Part shown: positions 21,197-32,491 of the stretch, piece by piece | Layout: every line of letters begins with the position of its first letter | Position numbering within the stretch: the first letter of the stretch is position 1 | NCBI GenBank assembly: GCA_965213925.1 | Contig: OZ243927.1 | Coordinates: 3,232,001-3,296,000 of the forward strand | Reading direction: 5' to 3' | Length of the DNA: 64,000 bases | Source: Trueperaceae bacterium | GTDB taxonomy: Bacteria; Deinococcota; Deinococci; Deinococcales; Trueperaceae | The notes under the pieces: generated by a model | Told to the model about the DNA's origin: nothing | Databases searched by the model: none | Seen by the model: the letters and a program-made list of their open reading frames with translations, nothing else | Translations under genes and position numbers: made by a program

Positions 21197-21754
21197 TTAG
21201 TTCTTCATAACCTGCGAAAAATCGAGTTCAACAGGCGTTTCACGTCCGAAAATAGAAACGAGTACCTTAACTTTGCCGCGCTCGGGGTTAAGTTCTGATA
21301 CTACACCCGTAAAGTCTGCAAACGGTCCCGAGGTGACTTGCACCATCTCGCCGACGTTAAAGCTGACCCGAACTTTGGGCGTCTCTTTTGTTTCAGAAAT
21401 GCCTAGCGTGCCGAGCATCCGTGCTTCTTCCTCTTGCGTGAGGGGAACCGCCCGCGTCGCTGTACCGACAAACCCTGTGACGCCAGGCGTGTTGCGCACG
21501 ACTTCCCACGCTTCGTTAGGTTCGTCTAAGTTGTCACCCAAATCCATCTGCACGAAGACGTAGCCTGGAAAGAGCTTGCGCTTGACGACCTCTTTCTTGC
21601 CGCCGCCCGCATGTTCAACGGTCTCTTCAGACGGGACAATGACCTGATAGACCATGTCCGCCATGCCCAACGACCTCGCACGCTGCATCATGTTGGTGCG
21701 CACCTTCTCCTCGTGACCGACGTAGGTATGAACGGCGTACCATTCGATACTCAT
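21197..21754 (-). CDS. nusG: Transcription elongation factor NusG
   Basis: [27 protein letters not shown]...FGRETPVEL. Confidence 0.98.
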   Translation of the reverse strand: MSIEWYAVHTYVGHEEKVRTNMMQRARSLGMADMVYQVIVPSEETVEHAGGGKKEVVKRKLFPGYVFVQMDLGDNLDEPNEAWEVVRNTPGVTGFVGTATRAVPLTQEEEARMLGTLGISETKETPKVRVSFNVGEMVQVTSGPFADFTGVVSELNPERGKVKVLVSIFGRETPVELDFSQVMKN

Positions 21755-21818
21755 GCGCGGACCTCGCGAAAAAGTCTAAGTTGTGCCTGATGGCTAGACA
21801 TACACGTCACGTCCTAAA

Positions 21819-21998
21819 CTAGATAACGAAGTTGATGAGGTTGCCGAAAATCGTATCCACTGCGAGCAAGAAGATCGCCGTGACGAGCACGAAGATGAGC
21901 GTCGCTTGGGTGGACTGGACGACCTCGTCGCGGGTGGGCCAAGTGACGCGCCCGAGTTCCGCGCGAGAGTTCCTTAGATACTTGAGAACCCTATTCAC
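21819..21998 (-). CDS. secE: Preprotein translocase subunit SecE
   Basis: Not in track; MNRVLKYLRNSRAELGRVTWPTRDEV + one TM helix, between rpmG and nusG. Confidence 0.95.
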   Translation of the reverse strand: MNRVLKYLRNSRAELGRVTWPTRDEVVQSTQATLIFVLVTAIFLLAVDTIFGNLINFVI

Positions 21999-22000
21999 AC

Positions 22001-22165
22001 TTACACCTTAACTTCGCGGTGCTGGGTGTGCTTGCGGTCCCAGGGACAGTATTTGCGCAGCTCGAGCTTCGCCTGGGTATTACGACGGTTCTTATTCGTC
22101 GTGTAGTTGCGGCGCTTGCACTCTTGGCACTCGAGCAGCAGCTTGATTCTTACATCGCTCGCCAT
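22001..22165 (-). CDS. rpmG: 50S ribosomal protein L33
   Basis: Not in track; [54 protein letters not shown]. Confidence 0.97.
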   Translation of the reverse strand: MASDVRIKLLLECQECKRRNYTTNKNRRNTQAKLELRKYCPWDRKHTQHREVKV

Positions 22166-22253
22166 TTTAACTCCTAAACAGCCTTCTCCTATAGCCTGCT
22201 GAAACGAGAAGAGGGAGACACAGTCTAAACTGTGCTCCCTTAGATTCTCTAAC

Positions 22254-23471
22254 TTACTTCGTCACTTCCGTCACGACGCCTGCACCCACGGTCCGACCAC
22301 CTTCACGAATGGCAAAGCGCAAGCCCTCCTCCATCGCAATCGGCTTGATCAGTTCAACGTCAAGTTCCACGTTGTCCCCAGGCATCACCATCTCTACCCC
22401 GTCAGGCAAGGTGCACACACCCGTGACGTCCGTCGTGCGGAAGTAGAACTGCGGGCGGTAGCCCGTGAAAAAAGCAGAGTGGCGTCCGCCCTCCTCCTTC
22501 TTGAGGATATACACCGAGCCCTTGAAGCCCGTGTGCGGGGTGATGGTGCCCGGCTTGGCTAAGACTTGTCCTCGTTCGATGTCGTCACGCTGCACGCCGC
22601 GAAGAAGCACGCCCACGTTATCGCCCGCGATACCCGAGTCCAACGTCTTACGGTGCATCTCGACGCCCGTGACAACTGACTTGCGGGTATCAGTTAAGCC
22701 GACGATGGCGATCTCTTCGCCGGTCTTGACCTGTCCACGCTCAACTCTACCGGTGGCAACCGTGCCACGACCCGTGATGGTGAACACGTCTTCGACGGGC
22801 ATCAAGAAGGGTTTGTCCACGTCGCGCTCAGGCGTGGGGATGTAGGAGTCCACCGCGTCAAGCAGGTCCCATATCTTATCGACCCACTCGTTCTCGCCTC
22901 TTTGGGTGTTGGGGTTCTCGCCCAGGGCTTCGAGGGCTTTAAGAGCCGAGCCTGCGACAATCGGGGTGTCGTCGCCGGGGAACTCATAGGAATCTAGGAG
23001 TTCGCGCACTTCCATCTCGACGAGTTCTAATAACTCTTCGTCGTCGACCATGTCGGTCTTATTCATGAACACGACGATGTAGGGGACGCCCACCTGACGC
23101 GCCAAGAGGATATGTTCTCTCGTTTGCGGCATAGGACCATCTGCTGCCGAGACGACCAGGATTGCGCCGTCCATCTGGGCGGCACCTGTAATCATGTTCT
23201 TGACGTAGTCGGCGTGTCCGGGGCAGTCCACGTGCGAGTAGTGGCGCTCTTTCGTCTGGTACTCCACGTGCGAGGTGTTGATGGTGATGCCCCGCGCTTT
23301 TTCCTCGGGGGCTTTGTCGATCATATCGTAGCTGAGTGTTTCCACCGTAGGATCAGCGGCGGCGGCTGTAAAGGTGATCGCAGCCGTTAAGGTGGTCTTG
23401 CCGTGGTCTACATGTCCTACCGTGCCGATGTTCACGTGCGGTTTCGTGCGGTTGAATGTGGCTTTGGCCAT
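22254..23471 (-). CDS. tuf: Elongation factor Tu
   Basis: [31 protein letters not shown]. Confidence 0.99.
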   Translation of the reverse strand: MAKATFNRTKPHVNIGTVGHVDHGKTTLTAAITFTAAAADPTVETLSYDMIDKAPEEKARGITINTSHVEYQTKERHYSHVDCPGHADYVKNMITGAAQMDGAILVVSAADGPMPQTREHILLARQVGVPYIVVFMNKTDMVDDEELLELVEMEVRELLDSYEFPGDDTPIVAGSALKALEALGENPNTQRGENEWVDKIWDLLDAVDSYIPTPERDVDKPFLMPVEDVFTITGRGTVATGRVERGQVKTGEEIAIVGLTDTRKSVVTGVEMHRKTLDSGIAGDNVGVLLRGVQRDDIERGQVLAKPGTITPHTGFKGSVYILKKEEGGRHSAFFTGYRPQFYFRTTDVTGVCTLPDGVEMVMPGDNVELDVELIKPIAMEEGLRFAIREGGRTVGAGVVTEVTK

Positions 23472-23591
23472 TATTCCGTTCCTCTCCTGTCTCTCCTAGA
23501 TACTTCTTATCTGTAAGAACTTGACAGTCAAAATTTAGCCAGTATCCCTTATCTTTTCGGGTCTGACTTCTTAAAGGTTTTGGTTCTAAGT

Positions 23592-23666
<75 letters not shown>

Positions 23667-23771
23667 CTACTTGAGAACCTTCTGGAAAACAGGTTACACC
23701 CTATTTCTAAGGTGACTCGCTCCGCTCGCTTCGGACGGGCAGAGCCCGAGCCGAAAAGCGGACCTGTTTTT

Positions 23772-23845
<74 letters not shown>

Positions 23846-24039
23846 AAGAGAGGTATCATCTATCAGAAAAACAATACCTGTTTCCTGCCAAGTGGGGTAT
23901 CATCCGTCCTCGGAATCGCCCCGTTTCGTAGAGAGGTATCATCTATTAAAAAACGCAATCAGTTTAGATTGACTGTCTTTTTGATACCTCTTGCTCTCGA
24001 GCCCCCACTATCTCTAACGAAGAACTCGAGCCTTACTCC

Positions 24040-24124
24040 TGGTGGGCCGGGATGGATTTGAACCATCGTAGGCGTAGCCAACGGATTTACAGTCCGTCCC
24101 CTTTAACCACTCGGGCACCGACCC
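24040..24124 (-). tRNA. tRNA-Tyr(GTA)
   Basis: GGGTCGGTGCCCGAGTGGTTAAAGG, loop CTGTAAA, long variable arm, CCA. Confidence 0.95.
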
Positions 24125-24191
24125 GCGCACCAGATGCCACTTAAAAAACCTCAGAGCGCTATCAGTAAGTAGAAACGAATCTCCGAGATTT

Positions 24192-24267
24192 TGGAGCCAC
24201 CCATCGGAATCGAACCGACAACCTTTCGATTACAAATCGAGTGCTCTGCCAGTTGAGCTAGGGTGGC
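24192..24267 (-). tRNA. tRNA-Thr(TGT)
   Basis: GCCACCCTAGCTCAACTGGCAGAGC, loop TTTGTAA, GGTTCGATTCC, CCA. Confidence 0.95.
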
Positions 24268-24399
24268 AAAAAGCAGCTCAGACAGAGGCGCACAACCTCG
24301 CGTCCGAATTGACAGCCTAGCATGCCCTTTTGCGAGGTGTCAACAAGGATGGAGACAAATTTTATAGCGGTTTTTTGGAAGGCGGGCTCGAGCCTTTTT

Positions 24400-25425
24400 T
24401 CACCTGCTTTCGAAGCCAGTAAGTACGTTGGTGACATTTTTTCCCAACGCCTCTACCGCGTAGCCACCTTCCATTACGAAGAGGGTTGGTAACTCGAGGC
24501 TCGCTAAGCGTGCGCCTAACTCCGAGAAGTCTTGAGCGTGTAAGGTGAAGCTCGAGATGGGGTCGTCCACAAAACTATCCACCCCGAGTGATACGAGGAG
24601 CACATCCGGTGCGAACTCCTCAATTTGCGTTAGAGCCGTTTGCAACGCTTTTCTGTAACCTTGCCAATCCGTCTTGAGGGGAAGAGGTAAGTTGAGATTA
24701 AAGCCCTCGCCCTCCCCTATCCCACGCTCGCCTTCGTAGCCGGAAAAGTACGGATAATCGTAAGCGGGGTCCGCGTGGAGCGAGATGTAAAAAATGTCAC
24801 TCCTGTTATAGAAGATGGATTGCGTGCCGTTGCCGTGGTGGTAGTCCACGTCTAAGAGGGCGACGCGCTTGTCCTCATCCGCAAAGGCTTGCGCCGCAAC
24901 CCCCGCGTTGTTCAAAAAGCAGTAACCGCCGTAGAGGTCCGCTGCGGCGTGGTGTCCGGGCGGGCGGCAGAGGGCGAAAGCGGCGCGTTCGCCTTTTGAA
25001 ACGAGTTTCCGCGCCGTCAGCGCAACGTTTACTGAAGAGGTTGCCGCTCGCCAAGTTCCCGCTGTGACGGGCGTCGCCGCGTCAAACGAGTAATAGCTCA
25101 GCTTACCTTCCACCGTCTTCGGGATTTTCGGGGAGAAGCCGCGTACTGCCCAGTTAAGAGGTAAGGCGTCACGTTTACCAAAGGTTTCAGACCACTCGCT
25201 ATAGGCTGTTCGTAAAAAGGCGACGAACTCCGAATCGTGCACGCGCAAAACCGGCTCTAAACCGAAATCTTCTGGTGGGATAACCTCTCCCAAGCTAACC
25301 TCTTGTACGCTCCGCAAAATCATCTCGGCGCGTTCGGGTTTTTCGACGGGAGGTTTGAGCTGTCCGTCGATGAGTTCAGCTTGTCCGTGATGAAGTTTGT
25401 GGTCTTCGCCGTAGACGGTCTTCAC
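24400..25425 (-). CDS. Histone deacetylase family protein (acetylpolyamine amidohydrolase-like)
   Basis: RPPGHHA, GYCFLNN, DVDYHHGNGT, MEGGY. Confidence 0.92.
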   Translation of the reverse strand: MKTVYGEDHKLHHGQAELIDGQLKPPVEKPERAEMILRSVQEVSLGEVIPPEDFGLEPVLRVHDSEFVAFLRTAYSEWSETFGKRDALPLNWAVRGFSPKIPKTVEGKLSYYSFDAATPVTAGTWRAATSSVNVALTARKLVSKGERAAFALCRPPGHHAAADLYGGYCFLNNAGVAAQAFADEDKRVALLDVDYHHGNGTQSIFYNRSDIFYISLHADPAYDYPYFSGYEGERGIGEGEGFNLNLPLPLKTDWQGYRKALQTALTQIEEFAPDVLLVSLGVDSFVDDPISSFTLHAQDFSELGARLASLELPTLFVMEGGYAVEALGKNVTNVLTGFESR

Positions 25426-27125
25426 GGTCTCGGCTTGAGCCTCGAGAGAAAACCCTCTGCGGTCGGCGCAGTGTTCACTACATCGTCCACGCTCAGACCC
25501 GCCTTTCGCGCCATCATCACGCCGTAGCGCACGTCGTCATAACCGCTCGTGTGGTGCGCGTCGGGGTCGATGGAGAAGGTGCAGCCTAAACGCTTCGCCT
25601 TGATGACCCAGCGCCAGTCGAGGTCGAGTCGGCGCGTGTTGGCGTTGATTTCGATGACGGTTCCGGTTTCGGCACAGGCTTCAATGACCTCTTGTAAATT
25701 GACGGCGTAGCCCGGTCTGCGCAGCAAGAGGCGTCCGGTGGGGTGGGCGAGAATGGTGGCGTAAGGGTTTCGCACCGCGTTCACGATGCGCCCCGTCTGC
25801 TTGGCTTCGCCCAGGGTAAAATTTTGGTGGACGCTGATGACAGTATAGTCGAGCGTCGCTAAAACCTCATCGGGGTAGTCGAGCTTGCCGTCTGGCATGA
25901 TGTCCACTTCTACCCCATGTAACACCTTAAAGTTACTACCTTCATCTACAAGTTCTTGCTGAATCTTCGCAATTTCCGCTGACTGCTGCTCGACTCGCTT
26001 GATGCTCAAGCCGTTGGCGTAGTAAGAGGTCCTCGAGTGGTCCGCCATCGCCAGATAGGTGTAGCCCAACTCCCGCGCCGCCGCGACCATCTCCCGCAAC
26101 GACGACGCCCCATCTGACCAGGTCGAGTGGTTGTGAATCACGCCGCGCATGGCGTCCATTGAAATGAGGTCGTCCGGTGAAGAGGTCTGGACGCCCTCGC
26201 GTTGTTCGGGTGAGATATAGGGGATATCCAAGTGTTCAAATACGGTGCGTTCTTCGGGCGTAGGAATGAATTCATCCTCTTTGAAAAGACCCTCGGGGCA
26301 GAGCTTGTAACCTCTTCCGTCAGCCTTGTCTTTCAACATCTCCACGAACGCTTTGCCACCCGTTTTCACGGCTAAAGCTGCGCCTAGCGCGTCCTCTTGG
26401 ACGAGGGTTAGCTCGAGCCGTCGCCCCTCGAAGTCCGCCTCGAGATAGGGCGGATTCGTCTCCAAATCCTCTACAAACGGCCCTAAGACCTGAGCGACCT
26501 CTTCAAAACTCACGCCTGTGACGATGACGTCCAAATCGCCTACCGTTTCCAAGCTGCGGCGCAAGCTGCCTGCGAAGGTCAACTTTGCCTGTGGCAACGC
26601 GGCGTTCATGACCTCTTGGAGCGCCGAGGCGTACGCTTCGGCAACGTCTAAGCGCATCCGCTTTTTTGCCTCCAAAGCGAACTCCGCCGCGTTCAAGATA
26701 GATTCCGCACTTTTCTTCCCGAATCCTTTAAGCGACGCGACGCGCCCATCGCGGCTCGCTTCTACAAGCTCGTCCAAGTCAGCAATACCATTTTGCCAGA
26801 GCAGACTGATTTTTTTCGCGCCTAAACCCGACACGACGAAGAGGTTGCGCACGCCTTCGGGCACGCGCCCGTAAAGCTCGTCTAAAACACTGAGCGTTTC
26901 ACGCTCTTTTAGGGTCATGATTTCGGCGGCGAGCCCCTGACCGATGCCGCGAATTTGGGTGAGCTTGCCCATTTCGAAGAGGTGTGAAAAGTCGCCCTCG
27001 AAGTTCTCCAACTGCCGCGCGGCGTTCGCATACGCCTTGGCTCGGTGAGGCTCTTCGGCCAGGACCTCGAGCAGTTTCGCCGCCTCACTGAGTTGGGCGA
27101 CGAGTTGTTTTTTCGTGATCTCCAT
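25422..27125 (-). CDS. polX: Family X DNA polymerase/3'-5' exonuclease with PHP domain
   Basis: HhH motifs, AGSLRR...GDLD, PHP HNHSTWSDG, DHS, AHPTGR, DAH. Confidence 0.92.
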   Translation of the reverse strand: MEITKKQLVAQLSEAAKLLEVLAEEPHRAKAYANAARQLENFEGDFSHLFEMGKLTQIRGIGQGLAAEIMTLKERETLSVLDELYGRVPEGVRNLFVVSGLGAKKISLLWQNGIADLDELVEASRDGRVASLKGFGKKSAESILNAAEFALEAKKRMRLDVAEAYASALQEVMNAALPQAKLTFAGSLRRSLETVGDLDVIVTGVSFEEVAQVLGPFVEDLETNPPYLEADFEGRRLELTLVQEDALGAALAVKTGGKAFVEMLKDKADGRGYKLCPEGLFKEDEFIPTPEERTVFEHLDIPYISPEQREGVQTSSPDDLISMDAMRGVIHNHSTWSDGASSLREMVAAARELGYTYLAMADHSRTSYYANGLSIKRVEQQSAEIAKIQQELVDEGSNFKVLHGVEVDIMPDGKLDYPDEVLATLDYTVISVHQNFTLGEAKQTGRIVNAVRNPYATILAHPTGRLLLRRPGYAVNLQEVIEACAETGTVIEINANTRRLDLDWRWVIKAKRLGCTFSIDPDAHHTSGYDDVRYGVMMARKAGLSVDDVVNTAPTAEGFLSRLKPRP

Positions 27126-27170
27126 AGCGCATCTTAACCGAGCACAGCAAGTTTTCGGTACACTGTGGCG

Positions 27171-27656
27171 GTGCGCACTTCTATTTTGACTTTACTTATC
27201 CTTTTGGGTTCTGCCACGTTTGGGCAGTCGGTGTGGTTAGAGGGCGGCCTTGGCTACGACGAGAACAAGGCGACCAATACCTACGACCTCTCTTTTAAGG
27301 GAGGCGTACGCGGCACCTATCCGCTGAGGGAGGAACTGCTCAGCCGTTCGGGTCTTTACGCGGCGGCAGCGTGGCGAAGAGGTGTTCTTGTGGATGCGGG
27401 TGGCTGGTTCACCTTCTTGCCCGAAGGGAACGAGCTTTACGGCTTCGAGGCGCATCTTGGGGCGGGGCTCACCTACGCGGTAGACAGCTTTGGTGTGGCG
27501 CTCAGCGCGGGGCTCAGTTACGACCTCACGCAGGGGATAGCACTGTCGTTCGTCTACACGCATCGCCCCTTGTTGCTGCCCGAACTCAAGCAGGCGTTCG
27601 ACCTTTCAGCGGGCGTCAGGATCGATCTGGATGAGGAACTGTTCGGGCTGCGTTGA
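27171..27656 (+). CDS. Hypothetical secreted/outer-membrane beta-barrel protein
   Basis: Signal peptide-like N-terminus, alternating beta-strand pattern; TACACT-N6-GTG start. Confidence 0.6.
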   Translation: MRTSILTLLILLGSATFGQSVWLEGGLGYDENKATNTYDLSFKGGVRGTYPLREELLSRSGLYAAAAWRRGVLVDAGGWFTFLPEGNELYGFEAHLGAGLTYAVDSFGVALSAGLSYDLTQGIALSFVYTHRPLLLPELKQAFDLSAGVRIDLDEELFGLR

Positions 27657-27846
27657 GACGCGGAAACAATCCCGTCAGAGGAACTCAGGCGCGCTTCAGA
27701 ACTGCTGCCCTCCTGACCGAGCAGGCTCCATAAAGGAGAAAATGCCGCGTGTCGGCTGTACCTCATGTGAGTTAGCGTTCTTCGGCAGATCAAGGCGCGT
27801 GCGTACAAAAAAAGCGAGAGGTTGGCGTCAACCTCTCTAAGTATTT

Positions 27847-28068
27847 TTACTTCTTACGGTTGCGGCGGTAGCTCTCGCCGAAACGCTTCTGGAACTTCTC
27901 GACGCGACCTTCGGTGTCGATAAAGCGCTGCTGCCCCGTGTAAAAGGGGTGATTACCCGACCACACGTCTACGCGGACCTCGGGCTTGGTGCTGTAGGTT
28001 TCCATCACGACTTCGCCGTCGCAGTAAACTTTGCACGGGACCATCTTGGGGTGAATATCTTTTTTCAT
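27847..28068 (-). CDS. rpmE: 50S ribosomal protein L31
   Basis: MKKDIHP...HPFYTG...GRVEKF. Confidence 0.97.
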   Translation of the reverse strand: MKKDIHPKMVPCKVYCDGEVVMETYSTKPEVRVDVWSGNHPFYTGQQRFIDTEGRVEKFQKRFGESYRRNRKK

Positions 28069-28424
28069 AACATCTCCTTTTGCGGATAACGGCTCTATAA
28101 TTCAAACGCTACAGGCGTTCTGCCTGCAAAACAAACTTGATTCTAGCAGACATGGCTCGGCGTCCACAACTCGGCACGAACCGGTCCAGCAATTCCAAAC
28201 GGAAGCGGTAGTTTGTGGAGACGGAAAAGTAGCTCGAGCGAGTGGATACTCGCACGCTCGGTGCGTGCTCGTGTCGGCGCAAACATCACCTTGATTTTGT
28301 CGGCTACTCAACCCGTACCCTGAGCCAGAACTTCGACTTCTTGAAATTCTCTGTTTCCCGCCCGAAAGGTTGGCGAAATTTTCACTTGGCTGCACAAGCT
28401 CGGCATTTTTCGTTATGCTAGAGT

Positions 28425-29327
28425 GTGATTCGTTCCCTTGCCCCCGACGAGCTAGAGTGGTTTATCGCATCTTATTACGACTTTTTAGGGCACAGCGACC
28501 CTCGGCACTTCGCGCGGCGAGCCGTGCGCAAGGTTCACAACGTGGCGCACCACCTAGAGCAGGAGGCGGACCGCTCCTTCATCCTCTTTTCAGAAGGAGA
28601 CGTGCCGCTCGCGGGCGCTCACATCATCGCGCCCGAGCCCGATGACGACGACCAAAACCTCTATTTGAGCAACATCTGGTTCAAGCGTGACGCCGAGGAT
28701 TTGCAGAGGCTTTTAGCGAAGCTGTTACGCAGGTTCGACCATGAGGCGGTGCACTGCCCGCTCTACAACTTCTCGGAGGCGCGTTTGGCGCGCGTGCAGC
28801 CCGTGTTTGAGGCACTCGGCTTTACACTCCGCCACGCTTACGACCTGGAATTCGAACTGAGCGAGCTGCCCCCCTTGGGCACACCTCTGGTGCTCGAGGC
28901 GTGGAGCGACGAGAGCGACGCGCTCTTCCGGGAGGTCTATAGAGACGCCGAAGGCAGCGACCCGTCCGACGGCTTCTGGGCTTGGCTCAAACGCTGGCGC
29001 GGACCCTTCCGCCCCAACTTGTGGTTTACCGCGAGCGAGACGCTCGACCAGGAACCCGTCGGCTACGCCTTTTACGGCAGATATAGCGGCGGCGTAGACG
29101 GCGTCTACTACCTCACGGCGGCGGGCGTTTTAGCGGAGCACCGGGGCTCGAGCGACATGCTTAAACGCCTCATGATTTCGAGTATGCACGAACTCGCCGC
29201 CCGCAGCCCCCTCGGGCGCATCCAGACGCTCGTCACGCAGCAAGACCCCAAACTCATCGAGATTTTGGAGTCGTTAGGTTTCAGGCGGCGCGACGCCTAC
29301 CCTGCGTTTATCAAGCGTCCTGAATAG
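28425..29327 (+). CDS. Hypothetical protein, probable tandem GNAT-like fold
   Basis: 300 aa ORF with host-like codon use; GVLAEHRG and 'LESLGF' GNAT-like segments. Confidence 0.55.
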   Translation: MIRSLAPDELEWFIASYYDFLGHSDPRHFARRAVRKVHNVAHHLEQEADRSFILFSEGDVPLAGAHIIAPEPDDDDQNLYLSNIWFKRDAEDLQRLLAKLLRRFDHEAVHCPLYNFSEARLARVQPVFEALGFTLRHAYDLEFELSELPPLGTPLVLEAWSDESDALFREVYRDAEGSDPSDGFWAWLKRWRGPFRPNLWFTASETLDQEPVGYAFYGRYSGGVDGVYYLTAAGVLAEHRGSSDMLKRLMISSMHELAARSPLGRIQTLVTQQDPKLIEILESLGFRRRDAYPAFIKRPE

Positions 29328-29702
29328 AGTAGGACATACAGATCGACTTTCGTATTCCACATTTCTTTGCGTCTCGCGTCGCCCAAATCCTAATATACGG
29401 TAGTGGTTTCAAGTCCAATGCTGCCATGTGCTCCTTATGCTATCTCTAAAGCAATTCGCATAAACACTGAGCTTGAGTCACGTAAGTATCATTCTCGAAT
29501 GTGCGTGCTCGTCAATGTTGTCTCTTCCCGGATTGGCTCAAACCAAATGATACTTGCTATACGTAATGTACAAGGTTGAAACCCCTTGCTTTGACATCAG
29601 CATCATTCCAGATAAAGCCACTACCATGTAGACGTCATACGGACGAGCCGCTCCGTGTACGCCGAACGCATAGCGCTAGATTTGCGGTGCTAAACTCTCT
29701 TT

Positions 29703-30074
29703 ATGTACATCTTGATTCGTTGGCTTCTCAACGCACTTGCACTCTGGCTCACCGCGCAGCTCGGCGTCGGGCTCTACTTTACGCAGACGGGGCTCGTCCC
29801 TGTGCTCGTCGCGGCGCTTATCTTAGGGCTCGTCAACGCGGTCGTGCGCCCCGTTATGATCTTTCTGACGCTGCCGCTCACGATTATTACGTTGGGTCTT
29901 TTTCTGCTCGTCGTGAACGCGCTCTCGCTGGCGCTCGTCGCGGCGCTCACGCCCCTCGCGATTACAAACTTCTGGGGTGCGGTTTTCGGGGCGCTCATCC
30001 TCACCGTCATCAGCGCGCTCCTCAACGCGCTCGTCGGCGAGAACCGGCGCCGGGAGGTAGAGGAGTGGCGCTGA
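29703..30074 (+). CDS. Phage holin family / YvlD-like membrane protein
   Basis: GLVNAVVRPV..LTLPLTIITLGLFLLVVNA. Confidence 0.88.
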   Translation: MYILIRWLLNALALWLTAQLGVGLYFTQTGLVPVLVAALILGLVNAVVRPVMIFLTLPLTIITLGLFLLVVNALSLALVAALTPLAITNFWGAVFGALILTVISALLNALVGENRRREVEEWR

Positions 30075-30123
30075 GCCGCTGATATGAAGGCGAGCGCGGT
30101 TGCCCTGCAACCGCGCTTATTTT

Positions 30124-30417
30124 TTAGACCCGCACCGCTAGACCCGCAACCGACCCTATGTACTCATCGCGGTAGCGTGCTAGCTTGAGACCTCCGTCGC
30201 TCCTCAGCGCCACGATGTCGTCTAAGTAAATCGGCGCGTTCGGGAAGACGCGCACCTGTTCACCTCTGCGGAAACCCCAAGCGGGAATGTCGTGCTCGAG
30301 CACCCACGCCCCTTTGCGTATGGTAGGACTGTTCGGCGTGCAGGTAGCTTCGGGCTGAGGCTGTCTACTTGGCGAGAATTTAAGCCGTGCTTGCGTCGCT
30401 CTAAAGAACCGTTTCAT
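30124..30417 (-). CDS. Small hypothetical protein (S24/LexA C-terminal-like beta region possible)
   Basis: TATGCT-N6-ATG at 30417; GFRRGEQVRV...DIVAL...VAGLAV. Confidence 0.45.
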   Translation of the reverse strand: MKRFFRATQARLKFSPSRQPQPEATCTPNSPTIRKGAWVLEHDIPAWGFRRGEQVRVFPNAPIYLDDIVALRSDGGLKLARYRDEYIGSVAGLAVRV

Positions 30418-30589
30418 ACTTTTAGCATAAGAATTTGCAGCGGTAACGAAGCGAAAAATTCGCGCTGCCAAGGACGTTTCGCATATCTCACACGGCGTGC
30501 TGTTTTAGACGTTCAGGTAGCCGCGTAACGTCAAGGAAAGGTCGGCGGCCCTTGCTTTTGGCACCCCACCGAATGGTTACACTGAACCT

Positions 30590-31846
30590 GTGAAAACTAT
30601 CGTTATCGGTGCGGGTCTGGCGGGTCTTACGGCGGCGAAGGTCTTGCACGGAGCCGGGGTCGACGTGAGCGTGCTCGAGTCCGAGCCTTCGGTGGGGGGG
30701 CGCGTGCGTTCGGAGCACGTGGACGGCTTTACCCTAGACCGAGGCTTCCAGGTGCTCTTTACCGCCTATCCCGCCGTGCAGCGCCACCTCGACTTGGCGC
30801 GTTTAGACCTCTCCCCTCTGCCGCCAGCGGCGGTGGTCTTCCGCGGGGACCGGCGCGAGACGCTCGGCGACCCCTTACGCGACCCGGCGAGCTTGTTCTC
30901 GACGCTGGGCGCAGCGGCGCTCACCACGCGCGACAAGCTGCGCGTCGTTCGCCTCGTCGCGAAACTTAAACTCGGTCCTGCGCATGCCCTGCTGCAGGGT
31001 CCGGATGAGACGGCGCTCGCTTACTTGCGGCGCAACGGCTTCTCGGAGCGCGCGGTGCGGACCTTTTTTGCGCCCTTCTTCGGCGGCATCTTTTTGAACC
31101 GCGACTTGAGCACGAGCGCGCGCCTCTTTCGCTACTACTTCCGGATGCTTATAGACGGCGACATCGCCACGCCCCGGCGCGGCATCGGCGCGGTTACGGC
31201 GCAGCTCGCGGAGGGCCTCCACGTGCGCACCGGCGCGCACGTCCAGCGTTTGGAGGCTCAGGACGAGCACGTCACCCTGCACACGACCCAGGGGACGCTG
31301 CGCGCCGAGCGCGTAGTCGTCGCGACCGCCCCGCCCGAGTTGCACCGGCTGACGGGCGTCGTCCCGAGCAAGGCCGCGGTCCCCAGCACCTATCTCTACT
31401 TCGCGAGCGAGGCGGGGCTCAGCGCCGAGCCCCGCCTCCTCCTTCAAGCCGAGGCGGGGCTCATCAACAACGCCCTGTGGAGCAGCCACACGAACCCCGA
31501 CCTCGCGCCCGCCGGTCAGCACCTCCTCGCCGTGACGGTGCTAGGCTCGCCCGAGCTGTCCGACGACGCGCTCGAGCACGCCGTGCGCGCCGAGTTGGGC
31601 CGTTGGTACGCCCGCGCTGAAGACTTGCGCCTCCTCCGCGTGCTCCGCCTCCCCTTCGCCCAGTTCGCGCAGCCGCCGGGGTTCAGCGCGACCCTGTTGG
31701 GGCACACGACCCCTCTGCCGGGCGTGCTTATCGCGTCCGAGGCGACCAGCATGAGTTCGGTCCAGGGCGCGATGGAGAGCGGCGAAAAGGCGGCGGCTAT
31801 CCTTCTCGGCGACGCGGCGGCGATGGGCCGGGCGCGCGGGGCGTAG
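30590..31846 (+). CDS. FAD-dependent oxidoreductase (amine oxidase/phytoene desaturase-like)
   Basis: GAGLAG, VGGRV, LDRGFQV, QGAMESG. Confidence 0.88.
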   Translation: MKTIVIGAGLAGLTAAKVLHGAGVDVSVLESEPSVGGRVRSEHVDGFTLDRGFQVLFTAYPAVQRHLDLARLDLSPLPPAAVVFRGDRRETLGDPLRDPASLFSTLGAAALTTRDKLRVVRLVAKLKLGPAHALLQGPDETALAYLRRNGFSERAVRTFFAPFFGGIFLNRDLSTSARLFRYYFRMLIDGDIATPRRGIGAVTAQLAEGLHVRTGAHVQRLEAQDEHVTLHTTQGTLRAERVVVATAPPELHRLTGVVPSKAAVPSTYLYFASEAGLSAEPRLLLQAEAGLINNALWSSHTNPDLAPAGQHLLAVTVLGSPELSDDALEHAVRAELGRWYARAEDLRLLRVLRLPFAQFAQPPGFSATLLGHTTPLPGVLIASEATSMSSVQGAMESGEKAAAILLGDAAAMGRARGA

Positions 31847-31915
31847 CGGCGCGCGTTGGCTCGAGCCCACGATGAACGACACTTCTTCTGCGCACGCGGT
31901 AGACTCCTAACTGGC

Positions 31916-32446
31916 ATGAGTAAACCCCGCATCATCGGCGGCGCGGCGAAGGGTCGCGTCCTAGAGACCCCTAAACGCGGCACCAGACCCAGCCCCTCTC
32001 GCTTACGCGAAGCGCTCTTTAACATCCTCGGGTTTCAGCCTCGGGGCACCTTTTTGGACCTCTACAGCGGTTCCGGGGCGGTCGGGTTGGAGGCGGCGTC
32101 GCGGGGCTGGCAAGCGACCTGTGTGGACCTGAGCCGCGAGGCGGCGAGCGTCATCCAAAAAAACGCGCGGACGCTCAAGCTGGACGCCCAGGTCGTGCAG
32201 GGTGACGCGCTCCGCTTCGCGAGCCAACACCCGCACGCTTACGACGTCGTGTTCGCCGCCCCGCCCTACCCCCTGGATTTGGCGGCTATTTTTCAGCAGA
32301 TCGTCGCGTCTGAAGTCGCTGCTGATCTCTACATCTTTCAGCATCCCTCGAGCCTGCACCTGCCCTTCCTCGCTAGCAGCGACGTGCGCACATACGGCTC
32401 GAACGCGCTCAGCTTGTTGCGCGTGGACCGCGAGGACGAGGGGTAA
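31916..32446 (+). CDS. rsmD: RsmD family RNA methyltransferase
   Basis: RIIGG..KGR, TRPS..RLREALFN, LDLYSGSG, APPY. Confidence 0.85.
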   Translation: MSKPRIIGGAAKGRVLETPKRGTRPSPSRLREALFNILGFQPRGTFLDLYSGSGAVGLEAASRGWQATCVDLSREAASVIQKNARTLKLDAQVVQGDALRFASQHPHAYDVVFAAPPYPLDLAAIFQQIVASEVAADLYIFQHPSSLHLPFLASSDVRTYGSNALSLLRVDREDEG

Positions 32447-32491
32447 GGTTCAATCTGCTCGCCCCTTTGTGACGCTCGCAGGGGCGCACCG

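Noticed and set aside
23372..23381. AGGTGATCGC matching the micro-element end
   Set aside because: Lies inside conserved tuf codons (AAITF) with no insertion.
9973..23471. Numerous antisense/overlapping ORFs in rpoBC, ribosomal genes and tuf
   Set aside because: Shadow ORFs of GC-rich coding sequence.
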